Assembly (NCBI GenBank): GCA_028534125.1
Contig: CM052817.1
Location: 44,890,001 to 44,954,000, forward strand
Reading direction: 5' to 3'
Origin: Lama glama
Lineage: Eukaryota
DNA length: 64,000 nt
The position numbers and the translations under genes were made by a program. Of this stretch, positions 13,461 through 27,900 are shown one piece after another (positions within the stretch are counted from its first letter, which is position 1; the number at the start of each line of letters is the position of its first letter). The notes beneath the pieces are model-generated. The model searched no databases and was not told where the DNA came from. It saw nothing but the letters and a program-made list of their open reading frames with translations.

Positions 13461-14058
13461 AAATATGCATGTATGTAAGTATGTATGATATGTAAAACCA
13501 GGAGAGACTGTATTATCCGGAAATCTAAGGAAGGAGAGTTTTTCAAGGAGGATGTGTATTCAGTGAAAGTAGATTTTCTTTGGGAGCAGAAAGAATAATC
13601 AATAGCATGAGAGCCCTGAAAAGGTAGAAAGATATGAGATGTCTAACATGCTAAGGCTTTAAAAGAGACTACTGGATTTTGTTATTTGAGTTTCTCAAAT
13701 GCCTTCTAGTTAGTGAGCTCTGAGTAGACTAGTGTAGTGGAATCCAGTGTGAAGTGTCAAGGGGGAGGCTGAATTTAAATTAGTATAGATAATAGTTTGT
13801 TTATCTTATTTAAAAGTTGAAGAAGGTAAAGCCTAGGAATTTCTTGACCAAGACTGCAAAGTGAGCTTATAGTAAACCAGTATTCAAGTCTTCTGGCTTC
13901 TAGTCCAGTTCTTTAGCATTTTCATATATGCCCACTTGGGAATTAGTAATATTCATGTGGAAGGTTACAGCAGCCCCTCTCTAGCCCTTAGAAGCCCCAT
14001 TGGCCTTGTGGTACTTACAGTCTTTAGAGCTGAAAGAAAACTTAAATATCATCTAATA

Positions 14059-14530
14059 CAGTAGTCCTAAAACTCAGGTCATTTTGGTATTATCTTCATG
14101 ATTTTTCTTTTATCTACATACCATTTGTATTGTTAAAGGATTTTCTTTAAATCAATTTACTTTTAAACATTATGTTTATTTGAAAAGAAAGATTCAAACT
14201 ACTGCTATAAATGGAAAATCAGTATAAAGAAAAGATAACTGAAAATAAGTACACAGAAAATGTAATAGTGTTAATAAATTCTAGTTAGATACTTTGCTTT
14301 GAGCCCTGAGCCTTAGATTTGTTCTCCCCTTTGTTGACAAGTGAGATAAGCAGATGACATGAGGCATTAAAAGCATACGAACACCAAACAGACTTTAAAA
14401 AAAAAATGTATTCAGTAATCAAAAGAGAAATTGTTACATAATTCAGTCTATTTAGTGACTCGGCTGTTGCTTGATGGCTGTAATTTCATGTACCGGGGGT
14501 ACTTATCTACTAACACTTTGGAAATAACTG
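14059..14530. mobile_element. hAT-Charlie-like DNA transposon fossil inserted into a MIR
   Basis: Degenerate TIRs CAGTAGTCCTAAAACT...ACTTTGGAAATAACTG; MIR-like sequence resumes on both sides. Confidence 0.5.
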
Positions 14531-14947
14531 ATATGATACAACTTAGCCCTTTCCTCTATTGGAGAAATTGTAGCATAGAGAAGATAAGTGACTTGCCCAA
14601 AGTTATGCAGCCAGCTAAGCTTTAGCTTAGGATTTGTCCATTTGTTGTCTTTTTCACTATATCTTTCTTTATAATAAGAGAAGGAAATTGTTTATTAAGC
14701 TGACAGTGACATAACATTGATATAATGATTCTTTTTGCTTATTTTGTATCCTAATTTGTATTTATTATACAAATAAATATAACAACAGTAAACGTTGTTT
14801 AAAAAAATTCTGCAACTTCACAAACTTTACTCTTTTGGTGTGGATCTAATATTAATATCATGGATCAAATTTGTGTTCTGATAATGGAATTAGTTATATT
14901 AAGGTGATATTAGAAAGGCAGGTTTAACATTCTGAGGATTGACTTAG

Positions 14948-15412
14948 CATATTAGTTTCCTATTATTGCTGTAACAAAGTGTCACAAACTTAGTGGTTTA
15001 AAACATACTATCTTACAGTTCTGGAAATCAGAAATCCAGAAATGAGTTTCCCTGAACTAAAATCAAGGTGTTGACAGGACTGTGTTACTTCTGGAGCCTC
15101 TAAGGGAGAATCCGTTACTCTGCCTTATCCAGCTTAGATCCAGAGTCTCTGCATTCCTTGGCTTAGCTCCTTCTCCATCCTCAAAACCAGCAGCATAGCA
15201 TCTCCACATCTCACTTTGACTCTGACTTCCCTCTTCTCTTTTAAAAACCCTTATATTATGTTGAACCCACTCTGATAATCCAGGATAATCTTGATTGATT
15301 TAATCACATCCTTGAAGTGCCTTTTGCTGTGAATGGTAACATAATTTATAGGTTCTGGGGATTAGGACATGGACCTTTTTTTTGGGGTGGGGGGTATTAT
15401 TCTGCCTACCAT
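14948..15412 (-). mobile_element. MLT1-family (ERVL-MaLR) solo LTR
   Basis: tattagtttcctattattgctgtaacaaa...cttacagttctgga...attctgcctacca hallmark sequence; ends about 60 nt before the NUP54 exon 4 acceptor. Confidence 0.8.
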
Positions 15413-15473
15413 ATCTAAGATATGAATTGATTGATTTTTTTTTGGAGAAACTAATTTTGGGGTATGTTTTTAG

Positions 15474-15700
15474 CATTAGGTGGTCTCTTCAGTCAGCCTA
15501 CACAAGCTCCTACCCAGTCCAACCAACTGATAAATACTGCAAGTGCTCTTTCTGCTCCTACGCTACTGGGAGATGAGAGAGATGCTATTTTGGCAAAATG
15601 GAATCAACTACAGGCCTTTTGGGGAACAGGAAAAGGATATTTCAACAATAACATTCCACCAGTGGAGTTCACACAAGAAAATCCCTTTTGCCGATTTAAG
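15474..15700 (+). CDS. NUP54: NUP54 coding exon 4 (TLGGLFSQP...ENPFCRFK), 227 nt
   Basis: TAG acceptor; AAG|GTATTA donor; translation visible in ORF 15464..15730. Confidence 0.95.
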
Positions 15701-16543
15701 GTATTAATACTACTTTTGGTCTTTACTTGAAGATTGTATAAGAAAATATGATATTTGGATTAAAATTATACAAAAAACCCAGTTGTTTGGTTTTTTAGTA
15801 CTCCTTGAACATGTATAATAACATTGTTGTTTAAAAGTACAGAAATTATAAAATTGAAGTGATTTCTTACATACGTGTGATTGAGATAACTAGAATACAA
15901 CTGAAGGAAGGTGTGATTAGAATGTAACTTCTAGCAAGAAAAAACTTTAACAGAGGGGAAATGGTCTGCTTGGCACCTATGAAGGGGTGGCCTAAAACTA
16001 GAATTCAGTGGTAGCTATCTAACGTTGTCCAAGAAAGTACACCTAACCAGCAGGTGGGAGTAACTTCTGCTTGGCATGTGTAATCCTATTGTCACTATAA
16101 TAGCTGGATGCCAAAGTTGCTTTCTTTGTTCTCATTCCATGCTTACTGAACAAGTTTCTCGGTTGCATTTGGCTTCTCAGAGATACTGTTCATTAGCCAG
16201 TGAGAGTATATAGCTCAACTTGGTGATCTCTTTTTCATAAAAAATTAATGTATTGTAATCCAATTTATATGTCAGCCTCTTTTGCGTTTTATTTGGCTTA
16301 TGTCAGTCTCTTAAACCTAATCAATGTCTGTATAAGCTGGTGTTTGGAGTTGCAGGGCTGAGGCTTTATAATTGTGTGACCTCCTAGGGCATAAAGTGGT
16401 AGGAGGAATCATTACATACTCCCTGCATTACCAGACATTAAGCTGTTTTCCCTGTCTTAACACAGATGCTAAGCTATTAATATTAAACATCTGATTTAAG
16501 ATCTGTACATATTTTTGATATCGTTTATTTTGTCATTCCACAG

Positions 16544-16731
16544 GCAGTAGGTTATAGTTGTATGCCCAATAATAAAGATGAAGATGGGCTAGTGGTTTTA
16601 GTTTTCAACAAAAAAGAAACAGATATTCGAAGCCAGCAACAGCAGTTGGTAGAATCACTGCATAAAGTTTTGGGAGGAAACCAGACCCTTACTGTAAATG
16701 TAGAGGGTATTAAAACATTGCCAGATGATCA
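16544..16731 (+). CDS. NUP54: NUP54 coding exon 5 (AVGYSCMPNNKDED...KTLPDDQ), 188 nt
   Basis: CAG acceptor; CA|GTAAGT donor; frame continuous with exon 4. Confidence 0.95.
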
Positions 16732-17434
16732 GTAAGTATACATTAAATACACTGTATATTTCTGTGTGCTTTCCTCCAAAGAGAGTGATCAACAGTGTTT
16801 TTACTGCTAAGCACAAATTAAACCTCAAAGCAAAATACTATTTCTCAGCTAGTGATTCTTCAGTATTTATAGAAACATTTGTTTAAAAGCTTTTTTTTTA
16901 ATGTTAGATTTCTTAACTTATTAGATGCTAATAATTTCTCAGATTTTTCATTCAGAAACAGGAAGATACACTAATCATGGCTATGTGCAAATCAAGGGCC
17001 ACAGAGACTTTTTGGAATGTTTTAACTGATTACTATTCATGTTCGTTCATGGATAAATATGACTAACTTCCCTTGTCCTGTGTATAACTGTCTTCCTTAG
17101 TGACAAGACATTTGCTTTGGGATATTTTGGGTTAGGAGAATTTTTGTTGTTAGATATAATAACTGAAATCAGATTGCACTTTTTGGTCTTAATTGCAGTG
17201 AAGCAACCCATAAGCTTCAACAGAATCTCCACAAAGTATTTCTTGATTTGGGGAAAAAATAACATTTACATAGGACTTTGCAGCTAAGCATACTTTTTGC
17301 AGTCTATTTGGTTTGTCTCATTTTAACTTTACTTCTGAATTCAGCTAGCACTCTTCTAAAATCACATGCTGCATTGATACTTGTGACTGTGAGTTATGTG
17401 CTCCATATTTCATAACTTGGTTATTTTTCCCCAG

Positions 17435-17631
17435 GACAGAAGTTGTCATTTATGTTGTTGAACGTTCTCCAAATGGTACTTCAAGAAGAGTTCCAGCTAC
17501 AACGCTGTATGCCTATTTTGAACAAACCAATATAAAAACACAATTGCAGCAACTTGGTGTAACCCTTTCTATGACTAGAACAGAACTTTCTCCTGCACAG
17601 ATTAAACAGCTTTTACAGAATCCTCCTGCTG
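17435..17631 (+). CDS. NUP54: NUP54 coding exon 6 (TEVVIYVVERSPNG...LLQNPPA), 197 nt
   Basis: CAG acceptor; G|GTATGT donor; frame continuous. Confidence 0.95.
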
Positions 17632-18406
17632 GTATGTTTCCAAAGTCATGGAGTTAAGGAAATGAAAGATTAAGAGATACATGCTTCCTCTGTTTTGGGA
17701 GATGTTGGTACAGGTCATTAATGTTAATAAAACCAGTGTCAGCTTATCACATGCCTTCTTATTTGGAACATAGTATTGAATGTTTATTCATTCATTTAGT
17801 TTTTTCTATTACATAGCTAATATATTGGTTAGAAATTTTGGTAAATGATGAACTAAAGAAAAATAGTCCATAATCCATCTACCCAAAGGTAATTCAATCT
17901 TGATATTTTATTTTTATCTACCTTATGTCTTGTTTTAACTGAGTATTCAAGTAAAACCTGGATGTGTTCTCACTATAAAGATTCTAGATGGCATAAATAG
18001 ATTGACTATGTTAACAGATCTTCTTTACGTCTCTTTCCACAGAAGTAGCTGCTATTAATAATTTATTGTACTTCATTAGTCCTTTATCTGTGATTTTAGT
18101 ATAAGCATGTTAAGTCATTAAAAAAAAGATTCTATACTGTACATTTACTGCAGCCTGCCTTTTTACTTATGGTATTTCTTAGTACTTTCTATGTCAGTGC
18201 ATGAAGATAAATCTTACTTTTTAAAAACTGTGTGGAATACTGTCGATGTACTTTACTGTATGTAACCTCCAGGTTGTTTCTACCTTTCCACTATTATAAA
18301 CTGTGCAACAATTAACATCTTTGTAAATATGTCTTAGAACACATGAGCATGCATTTTTTTAGAACAGACCTCTAGTCGTGAAATTTTTGAGTAAAGATTA
18401 TCTATA

Positions 18407-18730
18407 CAGTCAGCCCTCTGCATCTGAGGGTTCTACAGCCCCAGGTTCTACATCCACACATTCAACTAACTGCAGCTCCAAAATAGGGGAAGAAATTCTA
18501 GAAAGTACCAAAAAGCAAAACTTGAATTGCTGTGCCCTGGCAACTATTTACATAACATTTACATTGTGTCAGGTATTATAAGTAACCTACAAATGATTTA
18601 AAGTATATGGGAGGGTGGGCATAGGTTATTTGCAAATACTACACTGTTTTTTCACAATGGACTTGAACATCCCCAGGAAAGTGGGGTTGATCCTGCATCA
18701 GATCCTCTCTGGATACCAGAGGGATGACTG
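18407..18730. mobile_element. MER2/Tigger2-type MITE
   Basis: TA|CAGTCAGCCCTCTG...AGAGGGATGACTG|TA terminal inverted repeats with TA target duplication. Confidence 0.85.
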
Positions 18731-19306
18731 TACTTTATGTATTGTTACATAATGCCAGACTGCTCTTCGGAGGAAGTTCTGCCATTTACATTCATAACAG
18801 GAATGTGTTATTTTTCTCATATTTTTAATTTTTCTAATGTTTTCTCATTTTGCTCTATTTTTGCCAACAGTGGAGATTATTAGTCTTTTAAATTTTGCCA
18901 CTCTGATTGCAAAAAAATTAACACTTATTTTCATTTGCATTTCCCTGATTACTACTGAAGTGGACCATATTTTTTGTTTATTAATCACTTGATTATAATT
19001 TTTGTGAGTTACTTATTGATATCATTTGCCCAGTTTCTGTTAAATTTTTTGTCTTTCTGATTTATAGGCGCTCTTCCTATATTCTGGACGTTAATCTATT
19101 ATCCTGTAGGTTATAGATATTTGTTTTCAAGCTACCCTTTTTTTTATAAGCTTTATCCTACAATTTTTTTTTGTAGTGGTCATATTTGACAGTCATTTTT
19201 CATTACAGCTTCTAGGTTTTGTATCTTTAGGAAGGCCCTTCCCATACAAATACTATAAAAATGGAAAATATTTCCTTTTAGAAAAATGATTTCTTTTTTG
19301 TGGTAG

Positions 19307-19361
19307 GTGTTGATCCTATTATCTGGGAACAAGCCAAAGTGGATAACCCTGATTCTGAAAA
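19307..19361 (+). CDS. NUP54: NUP54 coding exon 7 (GVDPIIWEQAKVDNPDSEK), 55 nt
   Basis: TAG acceptor; AA|GTAAGT donor; conserved Nup54 W..A..DNPD motif. Confidence 0.95.
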
Positions 19362-19786
19362 GTAAGTGTATCTTCATCTTGTTTCTATATAAGAATTATT
19401 ATTTACTACTAGGGAAGCAAACAAATGCAAGCTGTTAACTATAATTCTTACATTTGATGTGAGTTTATTTCCATTTTCATTGCTTTTTAAAGAATGTCGA
19501 TTATGGTAAGGCAGCATAGCATGGTGAAAACATTAATATCTGAGGATCAGTCCGTGATTATTTACTTGCATTTAATAATGCAGTTTTTGACAATATTTCC
19601 TCATTCATACAATAAGGAGGTTGAGTGAAATCTCTGTGGTGTAACATTATTGATTTCATAGTCATAGATCTGCCTTTGAACCCTGGAAATGTAATATGAA
19701 ATTACATGAATGTTATTATGAAAACCTTACTTTGTATTTTGTAATACAGGCTTAGGTATGAAAATTGACCACTTGCATTTCTTCAG

Positions 19787-19880
19787 GTTAATTCCTGTAC
19801 CAATGGTGGGTTTCAAAGAACTTCTTCGAAGACTGAAGGTTCAAGATCAGATGACTAAGCAGCATCAGACCAGACTGGAT
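19787..19880 (+). CDS. NUP54: NUP54 coding exon 8 (LIPVPMVGFKELLRRLKVQDQMTKQHQTRLD), 94 nt
   Basis: CAG acceptor; GAT|GTAAGA donor. Confidence 0.95.
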
Positions 19881-20949
19881 GTAAGAACTCATCCTCCGGC
19901 CCTGGGAATGGTGTAGGGGTTACACACACTTCTTTCTACTATGTAATAGAGTGTATACTGCAAATTAATAATTAAAGTTTTATACAACTTCTTTCTTTAT
20001 TATAGAGCCTCCAGAATGATGTATATCTGACTTGACATATTTTAACAATGAATTTAGAATTGTTGACTTAACAAATCAGACTTATTTTCAATTCCAGCCA
20101 GAGAATGCATATTATTTTATTAAACACTTACTTATTGGGCCTTATGAAAATGAAAGCTGCAATTATGATATGTTGTCATAATATATTACGATTTTAGGTT
20201 AATGAAACAGATTTAAGTTATTGTATGCTTAAATCTACTTAATATTTTCTGTATTTTTTTTTACTGAAGTATAGTTAACTTACAATGTTGTGTCAGTTTT
20301 TCTATGTCTGAGTCTGTTTTGTAAATAAGTTCATTTGTGTCTTTTTATAGATTCCACTTATAAGTGATATTGTATGGTATTTTTCTTCCTCTTTCTGCCT
20401 TACTTCACTTAGTATAATAATCACCAGGTCTACCCATGTTGCAGCAAATGGCATTATTTTATTCTTTTTTAAAATAGACTTTTGTAATCAAATGCCTAAA
20501 GGTTCTTAAAGGTCACTTCCAGATTCTCTTACATGGAATTCCTAATTATTCATTCAGACTCTGAGTAATGAAAAGCTTACCATTTATGAAACAATGCATT
20601 TCACCATCGGCTAGCTCTAATTGATACAAATGCCCTTCCTGTATTGACTCAGAATCTGCCTTGCTGTAATTCATACACATTTTCTCTGGCATGCTTTGTA
20701 GGTAATCACTGTGTTCCTATGACAGCCCTACAGATACTTGAACATCATAATCATTCTTCCTTTTTGGTATTATTTTCTCTGGCTAAAATGTCCAGCATGG
20801 TTTTTGAATGTGACATGATTTCCAGGCCCTCACTGTCTTAGGCAGGATACATTGAATTTATAGGCATCACTTTTAAAATGAGTTGTTCATGGTACTGTAC
20901 ATGAGGTATGTCCAGAGTTCTTCAGAGTAAGGCCAAAGAAGCTATTACT

Positions 20950-22240
20950 TGTCTTTGTTTTTATCAGTCTTGCTAGGGGTTTGTCAATTTTATCAATCTT
21001 TTCAAAGAACAAGTTTTGTTTTCAATTTTTTTCTAGCTTTCTGTTTATAGTTTCATAAACTTTCACTCCTATTTTCTTTATTCTGCTTGCTTTGGGTTTT
21101 CTCTTTTTCTAGTGTCTTAAAGTCACAGCTTAGGCTATTGAGACATCTCTTATTTTCTAATAAAGGCATTTAATGCTGTTAATTTCCTTCTAAGCACCGC
21201 TTTACCTGAATTCCATAAATTTTGATAATGTATTTTCATCTTTGATTCATTCAAAATATTTTCAGATTTCCGTTGAGAATCCTATTTGACTTGAATTTTT
21301 TGACTAGTGGATAACTTAGAAGTATGTTTCATTTTCAAGTGCTTGGATATTTTGCTGTTACTCTGTTGTTGCCATCTAGTCTAATTCTGTTACGGTCAGA
21401 GAACTCTGTATGATTTTAGTTCTTCTAACTTTGTAAGTTTTTGAACCCACATGCTTATGAAAAGAAAGTGGATTCTGCTGTTCTTGGAGTTTTCTGTTAG
21501 TGTCATTGAGATCCATTTGGTAGGTGGTTCAGTTCTTCTATATTCTTGTTGATTTTTCTGTCTACTAGTTACAGTGTAAAAGGAGAGTTGAAGTCTCCAG
21601 CTGCAATTGTGGATTTGTCTTTTTCTCTTTTCAGTTCTATCAGTTTTCCTTCATGTATTTTGAAGGTTTGCTGTTAAGTACATATGTATCTAGGATTGTT
21701 AAATTTTCTTGGCACATTGATATTTAGTATTCTATAATGTTCCTCTTTACCCCTGGCAATTATCTTTACTCCAAAGTCTGCTTTCTCTGATATTAATATA
21801 AATAAAGCCACTCTAGCTTTCTTTTGATTAGTGTTTTTATCGTGGTATCTTTTCCCATCCTTTTACTTCCAATCTACCTTCTTTTTTTTTTTTTTGGTAT
21901 TTATTTATTTATTGGTAAAGGACATTTCTGTTGTTTTGTATGGAGTACTGATAATGATCAATCAAAATTACTGAATCTATATCTTGGTGCACATATAGAA
22001 GAATTTCTTTAAGATATATCTAAAAATGGATTTTTAGGTCATACCTTCATCATATTTTAAGTAAGTTTTTTGTAGACAGCATAAAGTTTAGATTTAGGCC
22101 TCCAGCTTATTGTTAACTGTTCCCTCTGTTTTTTCCTTTCTGTTTCCTCTTTTCTACTTTCTTCTGGGTTATTTGGACAGTTTTTAGTATTCTGTTTTTA
22201 ATTTATTGTTATTTCTACTGTCAGTGTTTTTAGTGGTTGC
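20950..22240 (-). mobile_element. Old L1 ORF2 (endonuclease-region) fragment
   Basis: T-rich antisense L1 text, e.g. ttgtcaattttatcaatcttttcaaagaac and ttgaagtctccagctgcaattgtggatttgtc. Confidence 0.7.
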
Positions 22241-22247
22241 CCTAGGG

Positions 22248-22474
22248 CAGTAGTTCTCATTGGGGGTTGGTGGTGGTGATTTTGTCCCACAGGGCGCATT
22301 TGGTAACGTCTGGAGACTTGTTTGGTTGTTACAGCTAGGGTGGGAGGCGGTGCTCCAGGTATCTAGTGGGTAGAGGCCAGGATGCTGATAAACATCCTAC
22401 AGTGTACAGAACAGTACCACTGCAGCAAAGAATTATCTGGCCCAAATTGGTAGTGTTAAAAGTGAGAAACCCTT
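22248..22474 (+). mobile_element. MER20 (hAT-Charlie)
   Basis: CAGTAGTTCTCA...ggtagaggccaggatgctgataaacatcctaca...GAGAAACCCT. Confidence 0.85.
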
Positions 22475-24604
22475 CTCTAAATATCACAGTGTTATGTCCT
22501 TACACCAGAGCAAATAGGCTTTTCTTGGAGTTGTCGGCACGATGCTCACGTCCAGATTTTGGGCTGTGTTGAAACCAGACTAGGGTACTACCTGACAGGA
22601 AAATAATGGTAAACTCACCACCAGTTCAGTGGTCCTTCAAATTCATGTCTTCTTCCTCTTGCCACTATTTATTTTTCAAAGTCCTCAGGTACGAATGTGC
22701 ATTCTGTTCAAGTTTTACAGCTGTCTTCAATGGGAGAGATACAGTGGCATGTACATAGTCCATCTTGTCCAGAATCAAAATTGTTCATATCTTTTGCCAA
22801 TTTTTCTCTTGGGCTTCATATCTTTTCTTTTTGAATTTCAGGAGTTCATCATTTATTTTAGATTTTAATCCCTAGTCTGTTTATAACATGTCTCCTACTT
22901 TTCTCATCTTTCTGCTAACTCTTGTCTTTAGTGTCATTAGTTGAACAGAAAAACCTTAATTTTAATGTAATGATATCCATTGATTTTTTTTCCTCATGTT
23001 TTCCTTTATGGGAATTTGCTTAAGAAATCATTCCTCACCCACAGTCTGAGAGTCTCCTACATTTTTTTCTAATAATTTAGTTTATCCTTTCACATTTGAG
23101 TCTTTTGTCCACATGGAGCTCACTTTGTATATACTAAGTGGTATGAACCCAACTTTCTCTAAAGAGTGGGTCAGTTTTTCCAATGTCATACACAAAAAAA
23201 CTGATATTTTCCTCAGTGACTTATCAAAGCATTTATCAAAACAAGTTCCCATATGTATGTGAGGTAGTCTGTTCTTATATTAGTTTCATATTTTTTTACT
23301 CTTATGCCTTCGTAGTATATCTTAAAGATATGTAGTAGAATGAATCTCCAATCTTTGTTCTTTTCAAATTTTTAAGCTCTTATGGATCTTCAGTCTTCTG
23401 TAATAGATTTAAAATGAGTTTGTCAAAATGGTAAATTTTAGTTAGAATTACATTAAATATATAATTTGTAGATAATTGAATCTTGACAATATTAAATGTT
23501 TCCATCATGAACATATTTCTTTACTCATTGAGGTCCTTTACTCATTGAAGACATACTCAAGATTCGACCTTTGAAACAGTTTTAAAATAAACTATATAAA
23601 AATTATATGCATTTTTTTTTCTTGGTTAATTTGTAGATTGTTTTAGTGTCTGTCAGTAAATACTGTGAATGGTAACATTTCTATTTTTTGTTAGTACTGC
23701 TCGTATCCAGTAGTAGTTAACTCTTGTTGTCTAGAAACCCTGCCAAATTTTCAAAACTGCAATTGAGGGGTGGGGGTGGAGGTGCCTGGGTTACATAATA
23801 AATAATGAGGATGGCCACCAAATTTTGTGCCTGCCAACATGCCTGGCATTGGAAAATTTCCTTAAAAGGTGACATGTGTAGACAGACACGCTAGAATGTG
23901 TCTTGTGCAGTCTTCTTACCCTTTTACTTATAACATCTCAACATAAGCCAGTAACACAGAATGGTTAAGTATGATAGGAAAAATTATGGGCTTAATTCCG
24001 ATTGGGAAGCTTTAATGAAATGAGATTTTAACTTGCTCTGTAAGGTTAAGCTTTTCATAAGGCAAAACAGTAGGATTTCAGCCCAGGCAAAGAGCAAATC
24101 AAAGCCCCAGGGGAATAAAAATGTCTTCAGTTGTGTGATTAACAGCCATCCTTTCCCTCTCCACTCCAAGCATCTCCCCCCAGAGTATTTTGTAACAGTT
24201 AATATTGGACTATACTTTCAGCATGTAGTTATATTTAATTATCTATTAAGGTCCCTTCTGCATATCACTTTATAGATCTTTTTCCATTCATGGCCTGGTT
24301 GTTGGCTCTGTTCCATAGTATTACTTCAGATTCCTTAATTATTTCTGAAGTGTATGTTTTAGTTTTCTGTATACTTTGCCTCATCACTAAATTTCCTGGA
24401 GCTTAAAGAAATCTTTGAATGATACTTTTTAACTTTTAGGTGTACAAAAGGGGAAGAAATATAAAAGCAGATTTAAAGGGAAAGAGTTTATATTTTGAGA
24501 GAGAAATCTCAGGCTTATCTTAGAATTAGACTTTGCTTATAAGTGAACCTGATAAAACAGTTGTGATATCAGTACTTGATTTACCTTTATTTATTTTAAA
24601 ACAG

Positions 24605-24712
24605 ATCATATCTGAAGATATTAGTGAATTACAGAAGAATCAAACTACGACTATGGCCAAAATTGCACAGTACAAGAGGAAGCTCATGGACCTTTCCCAT
24701 AGAACCTTACAG
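24605..24712 (+). CDS. NUP54: NUP54 coding exon 9 (IISEDISELQK...LSHRTLQ), 108 nt, coiled coil
   Basis: CAG acceptor; CAG|GTAGTA donor; embedded in ORF 24533..24811. Confidence 0.95.
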
Positions 24713-24989
24713 GTAGTAATTTGGATTTTTTCCCCCAATACTTATAAGACTGTATACATTATGGAAGTGTTAAATGTGGATTTTTACAATAGAAGAAAAA
24801 AAACAGATTAAAAAAAAATAAGAGTAAAACTGAAAGTACCAGACTTTCTCAATAAAACCTAGAAGTTGGAGGAGAGGTCCCACAAGATGGGTGAAGAAAG
24901 TGAAAATATTCTAAAATGCACATTTTATTGAGAGGGTGGGGGAAAAGCAGTGGAAAAATAAATCATCTTAGTGTAAAAAGAGCATGCAT

Positions 24990-27900
24990 CAGATCATTAA
25001 TAGTTTTCAGAAAAACAAAAATGCAGTTTTGATTCTGAGTGTTAGAAAAGGGAGTGCAACCATTAATGAATGAAAACAACGATACAACTTGCAAGTTAAC
25101 AAGAGGGAATAAAAGAATGAATAGCAACAAAAATTCAAATTATCATGAAAACAAATATTATATACCAGAATCAGTGGGATACAGCAAAAGCTGTACTCAG
25201 AGGAAAACTTACAGCCTTAGAAAATCTTCATTTTTTTTTAAGTGCAAATGAAAAAAAATAAAGAACTTAGTATTCATCTTGTTATAAAAATTCTATCAAG
25301 AGCTAAAAGAAACCAGTAAGAGAAAAATAAAATGAGTGAAGCAGAAAAAGAAATCATATATAAAAAGTAAACTGCAAAGCTGTTTCTTTGAAAAGACTGT
25401 TAAAATGGCTAAACATAACTGAAGAAGGAAGGAAAAGAAGGCTCATCTCATGAGCCTGAAGAAGGAAAAGAAAAATCAAAAGTGAGAAAGGAGACATTAC
25501 CACAGATATACACAACAGAATAAGAAAATACTGTGTGCAGTTCAGGGCAGTAAGTTTGGAAGTTAGAACATGATTTTCTAGCAAAATTGAAATTACTAAA
25601 CTTGATCTACAGAGAAGAATCTTACATAGGCAACTACCATAGAAACAATCGGGAAAGCTACTAAAAGTCAACCATGGAAAAAGCACCAAGGCCAGATAGT
25701 TTCATTGCTGAATTTTGTCTAACCATTAAAGAGCTAATTCTAAAGTTACTTTATTTCAGACAAAAGGAAAAATATAGACAACTGTTTTGTTTTTTTTTAA
25801 ACAGCTTTACTGAGATATAATTCACATACCATACAGTTTACCTATTTAAAGTGTATAACCCAATGATTTTTATTATATTCACAGTTTGGTACAACCATCA
25901 CTACAATTTTAGAACATTCTCAGTATCCTAAAATGAAACTCCATACCCATTAGCAGCCACTCCCCATTTCATCTCAAACCCCTTAGCCCTAGGCAATGAC
26001 TTTGTTTCTACATATTTGCCTATTTTGGACACTTCCTATAAATAAAGTCATATAATATGTGGTATTTTTTGACTGGCTTTCTTTCATATAGCATATTTTC
26101 AAGGTTCATTTGTGTTGTGGCATGTAACAGTACTTGATTCCTTTTTAGGGCTGAATAATATTTCATTGTATGAATATACCACATTTTAATTTATTCATCA
26201 ATTGATGAACACTTTGGTTGTTTCTACTTTTTGGTTATTATGAATAATGCTTCTATCAACCCTCATGTACAAGAGTTTGTGTGGATGTATGCTTTCATTT
26301 TTCTTGGTTATATAAACCTAGGATGGGAATTGCTTGGTCATGTGGTAACTCTATGTGTTCAACTTTTAAAGAACTACCAAACTGTCTTCTAGAGCAACCT
26401 GACCATTTTACATCTCTGTTTTTAGTACCCCAAAATAAAAATCTATAAACAGCTAATTGTAATAGGGATGCAAATTATGCTAAGTGAAAGAAGTCAGACT
26501 GAAATGCTACATGCGGTATTATTCCATTTATATGACATTATGCAAAAAGGCAAAACTAGAGATGGGTAACAGCAGTAGTTGCTAGCAGCAGGAGGTAAGG
26601 GGAGAGTGACTACCCTCCCCAGGGTAGGAGGTAACTTTCTAGTGTGCTAGAAATGTTCTGTATCTTGATTGTGTTGATGGTTACCTGTGTTTGTCCAAAT
26701 GCATACCTGTACACCTGAATTTTGAATTTTGTTGTATGTGGATTATACCTCAGTAAACCTGACCAAAGAAAGCAAATGCAGAAATTCTAAATAAAATATA
26801 AGCAAAGAGAATCCAGGTATTTATCAAATTCTAAAGGAGTGCACTTAGACTCAGCAAGGTTTACTTCAGGAATGGAGGGTTGGTTCTCTAACAGGGTATC
26901 TATCAACATAATTTATCACGTCAACACATGAAGGGAAAATGTATGATAAAGACTAGTTGCCAAAAATGTACAGCAAATTTTCTAAGAAGCAAAGCAGCAG
27001 AATCACATTAAGAAACTAAACCCTGATACCCAATATTATAATTCACTGTTATTGTGAAGGTTTTCATAAATAGAATGAAGGTAGTTAATTAGTATAAACA
27101 TTGAAAAGAGATCATCTTTTTGCTGACCATTTGGTTGTACATCTAGAAAACCCAAGGAAATAAACTATAGAATTAATGCGGTAAGATAGCTCAATATGAG
27201 GTAAATGTACAAAAATCAGTGTGTCTTTATATTATTAATGGAAATAGGAAAGTACTCCATTCAGTATTACGAAACAACTATAAAATGCTTAGGAATAAAT
27301 TTATGAGGAAAGTACACAGTCTGAATTAAAGTTTTCACAGATAGATAAATCATATTCTTAAATAAGAAAATAGCTACTTTATAAAATTTAAAAATGATTT
27401 ACAACTTCTAAAAAATTGATTAAAATCATTCAGTTCTTAAATAAGGGAAAGTGTTTTGAGAATAACTTCTGGGGGGAACAAAAAATAGTGAAAGGGACTT
27501 GCTCTATCAAATTTTAGAACCTATTTTAAAGCTCTTGTAATCAAGTCAATATGAGATTGGAGTAGGATTGGAAATAAAGGCCCACAGAATAGAATGGAGA
27601 ATCCAGAAATAGGTGCACATGTATCTTAATATAATTCAGTGGGTTTATTTAATAATTAACGCTAGAGTAACTGGCTATCCATCTGGAAAGTAGAATAGAA
27701 TTAGACCACTGTATCACACCATGTCCAAAAAAGGTGGATTATAGACCAAGAAATTTATGAGGCTACATGTACAACCTAGGGGTTGGAGAGACTTTTGGCC
27801 AGAAAGCCACAAACTATAAAATAAAATTGACTATATAAGAATTAGAAAATTTTGTGTAAGAAAAAGATACCAGAAGCCATTTGTCAATAGTCAAGTGATT

